From contig CP075494.1 of NCBI GenBank assembly GCA_021613535.1, forward strand, positions 6,696,001 to 6,760,000: a stretch of 64,000 nucleotides of DNA, in the 5' to 3' direction. This document shows positions 27,270 through 47,659 of the stretch, piece by piece; the first letter of the stretch is position 1; each line of letters begins with the position of its first letter. Source of the DNA: Adineta vaga (lineage: Eukaryota; Animalia; Rotifera). The notes below the pieces were generated by a model, which was given only the letters and a program-made list of their open reading frames with translations, was not told where the DNA came from and did not search any database. Made by a program: the position numbers and the translations under genes.

Positions 27270-28326
27270 TCACTGCCAATGAAAACCACCAGCACCAAAA
27301 GGTACATCATTACCAGCATTTGGACGCGTATCAGTTTCATCACCAGAACGTCTAACTTCATCAAATAACCAATGTCTATCAGAAAACAATATACATTATG
27401 TCATTGTTCATTTAGAGAAAGACTAGATTACGTACAGAAATCTTGGTGTTCTTAAGATTTTGAAACCACCTTGTTGACGTGGAAAGATATCTTCAAGAAA
27501 GTAATAAATATGTCCAACAATGATGCCCATCAGATCAACAATCACTGAATTTCCAAGTAGTAACGAAAATGCGAATAAGACCCATGGCAAATAAGGTGCT
27601 TGAAAATTCAATAAACCAAAAAAATTCATACGAACATAAGGATTACGTCGACTCCAAACATAAACTAACATGATAGTTAATGCTGAACCGAGAAAAACAA
27701 TATTAACAAATAATGCCATGATTATCATCAATGTTCCACCGAAGATAAACATAAAAAGAAAATCAGCTGCACGTCCACGAAAAGAACCTTCTTCCAAATG
27801 ACGACAATACCGATAAGTAAAGAGTAGATTAAAGAAAAAATTGAATCCAATACCACCATAGAAACAAAAACAAGTAATCAATCTCCATAACTAAAACAAA
27901 TAGAAAAACTATCGATCAAATTTCAATTGATTAATTCTGATGTTTTACTTGAAACTTTTTGAAGATCAATTCTGGATTGAAATATAATTGATAAGCTGTA
28001 ACAAATTCCAGTTGCTAGAGTAATAAGATGAATTATAATCAATTTTACGAAATACAAAGCTCAACAATAATATTTTTTGAAGAAAACAAAATGTTAGTTC
28101 TATATTTTACCCTCAAAGAAACTTCACTGAAAAGTTCTTCTTGATTAGTATTGAATATGAAAGAATATGTGTTGATATTTTCATTTACACTCTCAGACTT
28201 TATCCTCTCAAATAAGATCAGAAGTATATGATGATCACTTACAACTGCAATGGTTGTTAGCAGACAAGTTGTGGTATATGCTCTTGTAATTGGTGGGATG
28301 GAGAAATATTCTTGTTGAAAGGCCAT
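27270..28326 (-). CDS. DERL2: Derlin-2
   Basis: [10 protein letters not shown]...[19 protein letters not shown]...YVWSRRNP...APYLPWV...GHIYYFLED...GGFHWQ*. Confidence 0.93.
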
Positions 28327-29191
28327 TATTCAATATATTTATGACTACAGAGATAAAAAGAGATTAATTTTGAATCATAATAATTTGTACAAAATGAACA
28401 GAGAGGTTAATTTTCTGAAATAATAAATATAAAATAATTACTTATTGTGCTTTTTTTTACTTTCACGAAGTGATTTGAAATGTATCATTTTGTTCGTTAT
28501 TGCTCTTTTAGATTCTCAAATTCAGACACAGTATTTTAAAGAAACAAAGTTGCACAAATTTATTATGTTAAATGATGATACGAAATGCAAAATACAGACG
28601 GAGGAAAAAGAAAAGAAGATAAAGAACTATACGTATGTATTGCAATTAACCGATAGGAAAAAGAGAAGAAGAAAAGGTTTACACATACGATCACAAAAAT
28701 CACTAACAAAAAAAAGAAGAAGAAGAAGAAGAATCTTGCCAATAGAATGTAATTTTGTTTCTCTTCAACCTATTGGAAAATTTTTTTCTCTAACAACACA
28801 CAACAATTATATAATATGTATAAGAAATCAAAATAAAACGATGATGAAATTTTTCTTTATTTTGTAAGAAGAGAGAAAAATCACGGGTTATATAAATAAA
28901 TGGTTCTCCTAGAGGTGTGTATTGCTTTAATAGTTAGATTTTTGGTGTTTTGCCTAAGAAGATAAATCGAAAGAGAAGAAAAATGAATATAATAGAATGT
29001 GTGTGACAACATCAATATAAATAAAAAGGAATGCGATTCTATATCATCGTCATAAATATTGTGAGAAAAAGAAAGAAAGGAAGAAAGAAAGAACACACGG
29101 ACAAACGAATAAACATTTACAGATGATGGAAATAAAAGATAATTTTATTTGTTCGTCATTAATTTGGATATTTGATTCTCATTTGCTTCTT

Positions 29192-36305
<7,114 letters not shown>

Positions 36306-36897
36306 GTTTATGATCTTGAAGATAAAAAAAGCGAAAAATGTAAAAAAAAGTTTATGTTTTGCTTTTGTTACATAAAAAGAAGAAGAGATAGAAATGAAGA
36401 TTTTTGTGGTCTTAGTTGAGATGTAATCTTATCTTTTAAATACAAATGTGGACGACTGCTAGAAACAAGATAGATAGTAGTATTGGATGAGTCATACTTC
36501 TTTCTTTTACGCCTCCAACTACTAAAATAATGAGAGATGAGAAAGAATTTATTTTTGCTTTGAATGGGATTTAGTAATTAAATTAATATGTTTGGAGAAT
36601 TATTCAACAAAAATTATTTTTTTACAAAAACTATAGTTAAAATTATTTAAAAAAATCGCCACGTGAACTTAGACAAATAGTGATCGGTAGTATCAACGTT
36701 TTTGATAATTTTAACATGTGGCGACACACATTTGGAATGTGTTGATGGTTTCCAGAACAAAGACCAACGAAATAGAATCAAATAGTCAGCATATGCTCTG
36801 TATAGAAGGAAAAAAAAAAGAAATTTAGCACGGAATGAAATTCTTTGTTTTTCTATTTTAGATTAATCATTTATTTAATTGAAAAATTTTCTTAGTC

Positions 36898-37908
36898 ATG
36901 TTCAAAGTTATTATACTTGCTATTGTATGTTTTGCCATTGTTAATGGTAATATCAAGGATGATATTAGAGATAAAGCATCTGAAGCATTACATCAAGGAG
37001 AAAAAGTCAAAGTATGCGAAACTATTCTTATTGTGTGTATGTGTATGAAAATATTTCATTTTCTTTTTCAACAGGAAAAAGTCGTTAATGTTGTCAATGA
37101 AGGTGTTGCTAATGCAAAAGTTGCTGCTGATTCAGCTGCTGAAATGCTCCATGAAAATGTTGATGTATTGAAAGATAAAGCTGGTAAATATTGTGAAAAC
37201 CTATCTTCTTTTAACAGATTATTATTGATTGTAATGTTTAGCTGAAACACTCAAAGCTGGCCAAAAAGCAGCTGAAAATGCTAGAGATGCTGCTGGTAAA
37301 AAAGTAGATGAAGCAATGAAAGCCGGTGAAGAACTTAAGAAGAAAGCTAGTGGTAGTGTGGAAGATTTGTAAGTTTTATTGAGAAAATAAGAATCAATGA
37401 ATCGATATTTGTGGATTATTTATTTTTCAGACGAGAAGCAGCTGGTGAAACAGCTAAAACAGCAAAGAAAGCAGCTGAAAATGTTGCTGATCAAGCTGGA
37501 AGTAAATTTTAATGAATTCATAGTTCAATTTTTAATCGATTGATCTGGATTTTTATTAAGAACAAGGCGAAAAACTCAAACGTCAAGCAAGTGAAACTGG
37601 TGAAAAATTGAAATCGGCTGCTAAAGATGCAAAGAAACAAGTCGAAAAACGAAGCGAAGGTCTCGGTGATAAACTTTTCAATATTCTCATCGATGTAAAA
37701 GACTCCATTTTGGGTAATGAAGAGTTTTCTTTTTCTATAAATAATATAATAACTATCTTTTCTTTTTTCAGAAACTATTGGATTAGCATCAAAAGCTGCT
37801 GCTGATGTTACCGATCAAGCTAAATCGAAAATTGATGAAGTTTCTGGTAAAGCTAAGAAAACTGCTGAAAAAGCAAAGAAAAAAGTCAAAGAAACCGTTG
37901 ATCTCTAA
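36898..37908 (+). CDS. Secreted/ER LEA-like hydrophilic protein 1
   Basis: Signal peptide MFKVIILAIVCFAIVNG; Ala/Lys/Glu/Asp-rich amphipathic repeats in short exons; C-terminus ...KETVDL*. Confidence 0.8.
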
Positions 37909-38401
37909 ATCAATTAGTCAAGATACAATGACATTTGTAACTTTCAATATTTACTCATTTTCTTTTCTTACTCACTTCCTCCTCACACTTCTCGAAAACA
38001 AATTAATCAAGCATTTTTACTTCCAATTTATCCTTTATTTTGTGTGTTGTTCATACTGACATTGCGCATTATACCATTCCAAGCTTCTTTTTTTTATGTT
38101 TATTTTTTGCGCAACTCTTCACTGTTTTATGTGTATATTGTTTTATTTTAAACTCGCAAGTCATCATAGAGGATGGTATATATATATAGACTAGATATTA
38201 TTCAGTATTTTCATGGATTATATTTCTGGTTTTTTTTGTGTGCACATCTGTGGTTGTTTTTCTTTCTTTCTTTAGAGAATACAAATAAACAGAAAAATGG
38301 TTGAAATTTATCTTGTTTTATTCATTTAAAAATCGAATTTATCATTTTATTATGTTTTTCTTTTGTAGATTTAGGTGAATCAACGACTATAATATATCGA
38401 A

Positions 38402-40001
38402 ATGCAAATTTTACGAAATATTTCCTTCTTAATCGTCATTGCATGTTTTGTGTCGAACACAGATGCGAAGAGTAAAACAGTAAAAGATAAGGTTGTTGAT
38501 AGTGCTACTCATCTCAAAGATAATGTAGTCGAAGGAGCAACACAAATCAAAGCTAGTGTCTCAGATGGTGTCGCAACAGGAGCAAAAGTTGCTGCAGATG
38601 CTGCAAAAACTGCTGGTGAGTAGAAAAATAATAAAAAAGAAACAAATATCTTGAACAAGGAAGATAATGTTCTTTGTATAATTTGTAGCGTCAGACAAAA
38701 GTAAGTAGAGTAATCTTCAGCTTTTCTCGCTAACAGTAACTACAGCGATATCTTACATGTTGTTTTGTTTTTCATTATTTATAATAAAATTACAAATAAA
38801 TTTGTTTTTATCAGGTGAATATATCTCAGATGCTGCTGCAACAGCAGCTAAAGTTAGTCAAGAAACAGTCGTCGATGCTGCAAAAGCAACAAAAGACTTC
38901 GCTGCCGCTGGTGCTCAGAAAACACAAGAAGTTTTTAATGAATATGTAAGATAGACAATATTGACAATGAATAAGTTCTTAATAAATTTGCTTTGTATTG
39001 ATTATTTAGGTTGCTCCTGTAGCTAGTGATACATTACATACAGTCAGAGACAAAGTTTCTGAAGCCGCACATGCAGGTGTAGAAAAAGTCGTTGAAGCTG
39101 CCCATATTGGCGTAGACAAAGTCGTTGAAGCCGCTCATGTTGGTGTAGAAAAAACTCAAGAAGTCTACAATGAATACGTTGCTCCAACAGCTGCAGCTGG
39201 TAAGAGATTTTATCGATCAATTATTCTCTATTAATTTTGAATACTTTAGGTGCCGAAATTGTTAAAGTTAGTAGTATGGATAGAAAATCATTTTCCTAAA
39301 CGAACATTTTCTTTCAGGAAAAAGTTCTTGAAGCAACTGATGTTTTAAAAGAAAAAGCTACTGAAGCCGCAAAAGTCGGTTCCGAATATGCTGAAGTAAT
39401 CAGTGAAAAGGCTGTCCATGCTGCTGAAGCCGGTAATGAATATCTTGCACACAGTGCTGAAGTTGTTAAAGAATATGCCACGTAAGATATCCTTGATGTT
39501 TGAAGATGGCGATATTTTTCTAAATCTATTTTTAGAGAATACGCTGATGAAGCGTTAAAACAAGGTAAAGTCTTCACAGAAATAGCAATGGAAACACTTG
39601 AACATGTTGCTACTGAAACAATCAAAAGTAATTAATTGGAAAAATAGAACTAATTTCATAAAATAAAATACATTTGTATAGGTGCTAAAGAATTCGCAGC
39701 TGAAGCCATGAAAGCAACAAGTGAATATGCTCAACAAGCCGGTGAACTTTTACAAGAAAAAGTACCTGTTGTTCTTGAAAGTATGTATAGATCGAATAAT
39801 GAAATCTTGTTTTATTAAATGACTGATTGATTCTTTTCTTCAGCTGGTAAAGAATATGCTGCAAAAGCAGTAGAACTCGGTCAAGAATATGGCAAAGAAG
39901 CCATAGAAAAAACTGGCAAATATGCTGGACAAGTTTATGAAGCCGGTAAAGACAAAGCTGAAGAACTCTACAAGGACGCTAAAAAGAAATTAGATTTATA
40001 A
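38402..40001 (+). CDS. Secreted/ER LEA-like protein 2 with 11-mer repeats
   Basis: Signal peptide; 11-mers VSEAAHAGVEK / VVEAAHIGVDK / VVEAAHVGVEK; C-terminus ...KKKLDL*. Confidence 0.8.
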
Positions 40002-40452
40002 AAAATAGACATATTTTCATCTGTTATTTATGTTTTACGCTAGTTTAACTTTGTCTTTCTATTTTCATTTTTTTTGTTGATTCTAAGACAAGATTTTAAC
40101 TTCTATAAAAACGGGTGATATGCAAAAGTTTCGGTGTTGGTGATTAACTTTTCTTCCTCTTTCTTTTCTGTGTGTGTAATCGTGTGTATGACAATCTTAG
40201 TTTGTTCCCCTTTTTTCATGCATTCCTTAAACTAAAACTTCGTTTTTGTTATTTGATTCATTAAACTTTACATGATCCAGTCATAATAGATGGATATTTA
40301 TAGAATAAGATTTTGTTTTTTCTAATCGATGTCACCACAATCGATGAACTGTCCAAGCGCGGCATTGTTTCATTGGTTGTCTTTGTCTAAGTGTTTATAT
40401 AAAACAAACAAATTTTAAATGTGTCCTTCATTCAGTTTCGTTTTGAATTATT

Positions 40453-41813
40453 ATGCATTTCTGTGATACGAAAATATTTTTAATTCTTTCTACTTTTTAC
40501 TTTTCCTTAACATCGTCAATATCTATCGGACATACACAAGGTACTATAACGATTGATAATCTTACTTTCGATAAAATTCTAAGTCGATTCGATGCTGTAT
40601 TGGTGAAATTCGATGATAAATTTCGTATGTATTACAATATTAAAAATATATGTTTATTTAAGGGTATAATTGATGTTTTATTTAGCTTTCGGTACATTAC
40701 AAGATGACTTTAAAGCTTTAGTTGAGAGTTCGATCAAAGCAAAAGATTTCGCTATTGCAGAAATTCCAGTTACTGATCGTGATGAACAAGAGAACTTTCA
40801 CTTTGCCCTCGACTTTGATGCAATGAAACCGGATTTTCCAGTTTATATGTTATTCATGAAAGATAGATCAAAACGAATTCGTTATGTTGGTGATCGATCA
40901 ATGAATGATCTCAGACGATTTCTTTTACGGCATTTAGGTAAACTTAATCTTTCATGAATTTTTCGTTTTGTTTCGAAAAAAAGAAAATTCTAGATATTTG
41001 GATTGGTCTAACCGGTACAGTCGAAGCATTAGATCGTATGGGTCGAGAATTCTATGATGCAACGCGCGATAAAAATGAAAATGAACAGACATTATTATTA
41101 GAAAAAGCACGTGATATAGTTCAAAAAATGGAGAATCAAAAGGACCAAAAGAAGTAAGATTCACTGTAAAATATACTATTGATTGTAATATGTACTTGGA
41201 ATTTAGTGGCGAAACTTATGTGAAAATTATGGAAGCAGTTATCAAACATGGTATCGAATATTTTCAACGAGAAGAACGACGAATACACAATCTTATTAAG
41301 GGCAAGGTAAATAAAAATATACAAAAAAGATAAGAATTGAAATGCAAACTCAATGATGATAACCGCCATGCTAATGCTGAGGGAAACTTTTTGACATTTA
41401 TCGAAGTTTATTATTACAGATATGTGTCGTTGTAAAAGTGTATTACATTCTTTATTCATGGAATAGTTCGATATGGTTAGCAAATATATCGATCTATTCG
41501 GTTTAAGGAAATAAATATACGATTACATCGGTATGTTGTCTGTAGTGATGAATGACGATCTGTGTTGAAAATTTCATTTCTCAATGAGCTTAACATCTCA
41601 CACCCTGAGAGTTTGCTTTTATTATCAATTTTGAAAATCACTCTAAAATGATGTGTACATTTATTTTAGATCAGCAAAGAGAAGAAAGCAGAATTAATCG
41701 AACGAGAAAATGTTCTTCTCTCATTCAGATTACTAAGAGAAGCAACAAATAATGCTACTGAACAAGTACAAGGAATGAGTGGAAAGACTGTTGGATCTCA
41801 TCAAGATCTTTGA
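40453..41813 (+). CDS. ERP29: ERp29/windbeutel-like ER chaperone
   Basis: Signal peptide; TFDKILSRFDAVLVKFDDKFPFG...DFPVYMLF...WIGLTGTVEALD; last exon ends ...SHQDL*. Confidence 0.85.
41344..41616 (+). ncRNA. Long intronic box C/D RNA with an mgU6-53-type guide and an internal long hairpin
   Basis: Terminal stem GCAAACUC/GAGUUUGC; C AUGAUGA 41353; D' CUGA 41377; GUGAUGA 41545; D CUGA 41605. Guide GCCAUGCUAAU is complementary to U6 AUUAGCAUGGC (A53). Confidence 0.85.
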
Positions 41814-42146
41814 GAAATATGAACACTTTTTATCCCTGAAAATGATGGTTTTTCCTAGTATAGTTTTAGCTACTGTGTCTTCCAAATGAGAATGAATGAA
41901 TGATAGGAAAAAAACTAATTTTTGTTTATTTTTTATCATATTTACACGTATTTTTTTAAAATTTTTTTGTATACACTAACATTTTTATTATGATCATTTT
42001 CTGTTTATTTTGCATGCATGCAATATATACATGATAATTAAAATAAAAACTCGAAAAAAGATTGAATATGTCGTTCAATTCTGCATGATGATGATTGTAA
42101 AGAAAAGAATGAAACAAACGTTTGATCGATGGAAATGTTTTAGATC

Positions 42147-43416
42147 ATGCCCCTTACATTTGATTGGCCATTTCCAGAGAAACCATCGGTATTTTACAAA
42201 GTTGCATCGACAGTTACTATTGGTCTTGTTGGATCATTAAGCAAAGTTTGGATGAGTGAGTCAAGAAAATAGATTTTGATTGAAAATAACGAGATAGATG
42301 ATATATTTGTAGAATATGTTACTTCAGTTCGAGTAGAAAACGGTAAAAGAAATTGTTGCATTATTTTTCTCTAAACTTTTTTACATATGAAAAGGTGAAA
42401 TTCTTATCAATGCTGTTCTAAATCGAGATCCAGATCGACCATTAATAACAGTGGCCAATCACCATTGTTGTAAGAGTTTTCGGCATTATCTCGAATTGTA
42501 TCTATTTTCTGTTTCTTTACAAATAGGTATGGATGATCCATTGTTGCTCGGTACATAAAACGATAGTTTTCCTTCTTTTTCCTTCGAAACTATATACATC
42601 AGATTTCTATAAAGACTTCTACCCTACATTATTACTTATTATTATTATATGTAGGAGCAACTTTACCTCTACGTGTTTTTTGGAATCGCCATCGAATGCG
42701 TTGGGGTGTCGGAGCTGACGATATTGTTTTCACAATGCGAAAGCATCAACTGTTTTTCAGTTTGGGTAAAACAATACCAGTCACTCGAGGTGATGGTGTC
42801 TATCAACGACCGATGGATTTTGCTTTAGAACAAATCAATCAAGGTGGATGGGTGCATATCTTTCCTGAAGGTGATAAATCCTATTGATATAATTGAAAAA
42901 TTCATCTTTTATCGTATTCTAGGAAAAGTTAATCTATCAAAAGAATTAATGAGACTTAAATGGGGTAATCTATCAATGAAATTTGATCATTATTGCTATT
43001 AAAGGCAGTCATTTTTTAGGTGTTGGTCGATTGATTGCTGAAGCTAATATTTGTCCATTAGTTGTTCCATTCTATCATCTTGGTATGATAAACACCATCT
43101 TGAGAAATGATAAATAATGATGTGATCTTAATAGGAATGGATTCAGTTCTACCAAATGAAGAACCATATGTTCCTCAGATGAATCAAAAAGTAAGCATTT
43201 ATGTTGGTGAACCATTGATTTTTGATGAACTTGTACAAAAAATGAAGAAAGAAAACTATTCATTGGTTAGTACATATAAATATCATTTCATTCTTTTATT
43301 CTCTTCTTTTTTTTCAGCAAGAAATACGTAAAGCAGTAACTGATATCATTCAAAATGAATTTGCAAAATTAAAATTAAAATGTGAAGAATTACATCGAAA
43401 ACATCTAACTGATTGA
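42147..43416 (+). CDS. TAZ: Tafazzin (cardiolipin transacylase)
   Basis: [10 protein letters not shown]...[15 protein letters not shown] (HxxxxD)...RGDGVYQ...WVHIFPEG...LKWGVGRLI. Confidence 0.93.
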
Positions 43417-43742
43417 AAGATTTTTTTTTCTACATCTCGATTGTTCGAAACACAATGAAATAATAAGTTATAGTGCATTCTTTTCTTTTTTCACACAATA
43501 CCCGATATGAAAATAAACCTGTTGCAACATTTTTGATAGAATAATATTACATAAAAGAATATTATTTTTCATCGTGTTTCAATAGAATAATGTCAATAGC
43601 CGTTTTATGCTTGGAAAGGAAAGTTTATTGTCTCATGGAGAATACATCTACAAAATCGAATTATCTTATGACAAAAATAGAAGTTTATACTCGATCGAAA
43701 TAATTGTTTAACATTGAATTTGCTTTTTGAATCGACTATAAA

Positions 43743-44206
43743 TTATTCTTGATAAGTTATTTCAGTAATATCGTGTGGAGGTACTTCTACATCTTTGCTT
43801 GTATCTAATTCAATAACTCGTCTTAAATCCATCGGTTGAGCTAATAATGGTTTGACATATGGATCAAATGTTTTCCAATACGGATTATTTAAATGATACG
43901 ATTGAGAACTTTCTTTTTCATATCGTTCAACGATCGAAAATTTGCAGGGATCCTTGACATCTAATGAGAGACAGGATAAACTATTTACAGAGAAAACAAA
44001 TGTTAAAATAAGAAAATAATAACCTTGAGCAACGTGCCAATCGATGGTCTCTTGATCGTTTCTGTAGATTCTACTTGCTTCAATTAATTTCGCTTTCACT
44101 TTATCAACATGTTCGGGTTTAGCAACAAGATGCTTCAAGATAAATTCATATAATAAACTATTAACTTCATATGCTTTATACTTACAACAATTATCGTATA
44201 AACCAT
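43743..44206 (-). CDS. ABM/dimeric alpha-beta barrel protein, fungal-type (3 exons)
   Basis: MVYTIIV|HLVAK...KLIEASRIYRNDQETIDWHVAQ|DVKDPCKFSIVERYEKESSQSYHLNNPYWKTFDPYVKPLL. Confidence 0.8.
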
Positions 44207-44854
44207 TTTTGGGGAATTATTACAGAAAAAGTACTATTTAAAATATTGACGTTATGAATAGATTTGGACTCGAAAAGACAAAGAATAAAACCTTTTGTTT
44301 TCTGTTCCTTCTCTGTAGATGCAACTAATACGTACGCACCAAAATCATCACGTTTTTATCTCCTCATCGATTACTTTTTGTACTAAAAAGAAAAATCGAA
44401 GAGACGATAAATATTCTTCGGTTTCATCTATCAATAAATCAGCGTTTCTTTATACATTTTTTGTTTTCAAGGTATAAATACGCGAGACTACAATCAACCA
44501 AATCACCTTACTTCAGTAAACTAATGAAATGAAGAAACACAAACAATCCTTATGATATTATCAAAATTTTTGTCAAACTACATCAATCTTTTGCTTTACT
44601 TTTTTCGCTTTAAGATCCAACCATCATTACGATTAGTGAACGGAATTATCTAATAAAATATGCTTCTCTCTCTTGAGAATAATTCAATCGGTGTTCGTGG
44701 TTTTTATGTTAAATATTCTATTAGAGAAAAACAGCAATCGAAAATAATCATAATTTATTTTCGTTAAATATCCTATCACGATAACATAGTATTGAAAAAC
44801 AATTTACTACAATAAATGGAAGAAAAGAAAAAAGCCCATCATTCATTTCCTATA

Positions 44855-47516
44855 CTAAAATTCTAACAATGCCCATCGGTAATATTGCGATGTAGTCGTT
44901 CGTATTATCACACGTGCAGACGGTTTCTTCGACTTTTGCTGTTGTTGTTGTAAGAGAGTTAGTAGACCACCAGTTGCGATGAAACCTTTTCCTGTACAAC
45001 ATGCATGAGAAAATTGGAATGCGCCACTTGTTACAGCACCTAATAGTTTTCGATCACAATTATGAATAATACCTTCTTCATTATTCTTTGATCGTTCTTC
45101 CATGAGTTTCACCATTGTTTGACCTCTTCGAAAGGATTGTTTTGCTTTTTGCATTTTACGTTCTTCAATTCGAGCCTGATCATGATGTCGAGATTCTACG
45201 ATTGTTTTCTGACTAGTTTTCAAATCATCTACACTTGGCAAATAAATCAATGTTGTATTATCAATAACACCTTTTTTGCCTTTGATACTAATACGTATTG
45301 GTACAAGTGAATGTAAATGTTGTCGAAGACTATCAATAGAACGATGTTGTCGATCACGTAAAACATAAAATCGATGAGAAGGTATCACAGTATGTGTTGG
45401 ATCATATTCTGTTGCCCAATCACGGACAATAGTTGACCATAAAGGACGAAATGGACTAACAATACCATTGATAAAAAAATTTGGCCGCTTTGATGGAGGA
45501 CATTTAGAAAAATTGGTCAATCGTTCAGATTCAAGTTTTGATGTCCAACTAATGCCAGCATCTGTATCAGGATATTCTTGCGGAAATTGAAATTCACCTA
45601 AAAGAAATAAAATTTGATAAGAAAAAAAAATTATTATATTACATTGACGCACCAGTTTCATGCGCAACTAATGATAGTTCTTTTTGACCAATTGGTCTGG
45701 CACCACTATAAATTAATGAAATCCAAAATATTTGTGCCCATTCGTTTGGTAGAATAATATCCCATCCACTACCTAAATCATTTCGATTCGATTCACATTT
45801 TGACATAGGTAAAAGTTGATCGTGGTGATGAATCAAGATCAAAGGAATTTGTGATTCTTCTTCATTTAATTGTAATTCGGTATCTAAATTTAAAAACAAA
45901 AGTACATATTCATGTAAAACTCGTAATTGATTGTTTATCATATAAATTTACTATCAGTTGTAGATATCTTTGATCGTAGAAGATTGATTTGATATGTAGC
46001 GAGTTTATGTTCACAACAATGTGTACGATATTTTTCAAACCATAATGGTGACTTAGCAAGATCAATTGATGAGGATGGACATATTTCTGATTTTCTACTG
46101 TCTAAAAAACATAAGATAAAAATCTACTGTTGTAAAAGATAGATAATAACTTGTTTTAGAATGAATTGTTAATTTTGGTTTGACTGGTGTAAATACTCGT
46201 GGATCACGAACAACAAGAGAAACAATTCGATTAGGCATCATGGTAGATGTATTACTAACAGTACTATTCCAGAATAGCAATTGTTGTTGATGTATATCAG
46301 ATGAATGAGTCTCTGTTGACCACCATGCTAATGGAGCCTTATTTCGTTCAATAGGATTGCTCGGTAACATACTTGGATGAAATGCATGTTTGAGAACAGC
46401 CATTGAAAGTGGACCAATAAGACGAAATCGAGCTAATTGTTGATCTCTCAATAGAGTGATAGTTACTGATGATCGTTCATCTTCACTCTTTTGTTTTTTT
46501 GTAGGCGGCTCATCAGTTGATATCACTACGGGACTATCAAAGAGTGATAGAAGAATTTCAGATAATGCATCATATGATGCTGGGTGACACCATAACCAAA
46601 GTTTACGTCGTTGTTTATCACTCGATGGCATCCACATAAAACTTATCGGTGTTAAACATTCGTGTGTATTTGGTTTATAAACAAGACATTGACCTTCGAA
46701 TTTTCCACTTAAATACATCTTTGCTTTTGGTGTTAAATTGGTTTTAGATAATGGAAATAATTGATTTAGTTTTTCAATAATTTCTTCTTCATTTCCTTCT
46801 AACTCAATACATCCATAATAGGACATATCCTAGAATAGATATTAATTTACGACTAATTATCAAATAGTAACAAGAAAAAAACTTACATGAATTAGACATC
46901 GTTCATGTAATGCTTTATATGTTGGTCGTATACATTTTGTATTAGATTTTTCAGCAAGACGATAATTCCAAAATGTATTCATATGAAAACGTTTTGCATG
47001 CCAAATATGTGTTTTTAACCATTTTATTGTTCGTTGTCGATTCGTATAAGATAAAAGTAAATCCCGAGGACGACGACGATAACGACGAGATGGTCGCTTA
47101 GTTTTAGCTGAACCCTTGAGAGAAAATGATCAAATATTCATGATACAACAAAAAAGAAAACGTTCGATGATAAAATTACTGTTTTGGGATCAGCTAATGG
47201 ACGAAGTGAACGTGGTAAACGTTTTATATTATAACTTGCTGCTCGACGACGCATATAACGTGGTAAAATTTGAAGAGCAGTACGATGTTTATCTTGTCTC
47301 TGTCCAAGTTCCTGTAAAAGTGATTGCAATTCTTGAGCTCGAGCATGAGCTAAATCAGCAATATGTACCACTAGAAAACAAACAAAACTTATTCACCTAT
47401 CTATTGTTCATGTTATAAGTACGAATCGTTAACTACACTTTCTTCAAGAAAAAAATTCATCAGATTTTAGTTCACCTACATTCAGGTGTCGACATCATAT
47501 TGTTGTCATTCGCCAT
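44855..47516 (-). CDS. POP1: RNase P/MRP protein subunit POP1
   Basis: LPRYMRRRAASYN, WLKTHIWHAKRFHM, MSYYGCIEL, WLWCHP, GSGWDIILP, FPQEYPDT; start codon approximate. Confidence 0.93.
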
Positions 47517-47659
47517 TATTATCTAAAAAAATTTGAAAATAATCGACCAAATAGTGTTCTCTTATTTATTATCTCGATTCTTTTTTAAAATATAAAAATA
47601 AACAAATAAAAAGAGAAACAACGTGAACAAACACCGAGATTAAAATAGTTCTATTTCAG

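Noticed and set aside
41597-41605. CUCACACCC in the long C/D RNA as a telomerase template for a TGTGGG-type repeat
   Set aside because: One mismatch to a 1.5-repeat template, located in a D-box guide position at the 3' end, and no pseudoknot seen.
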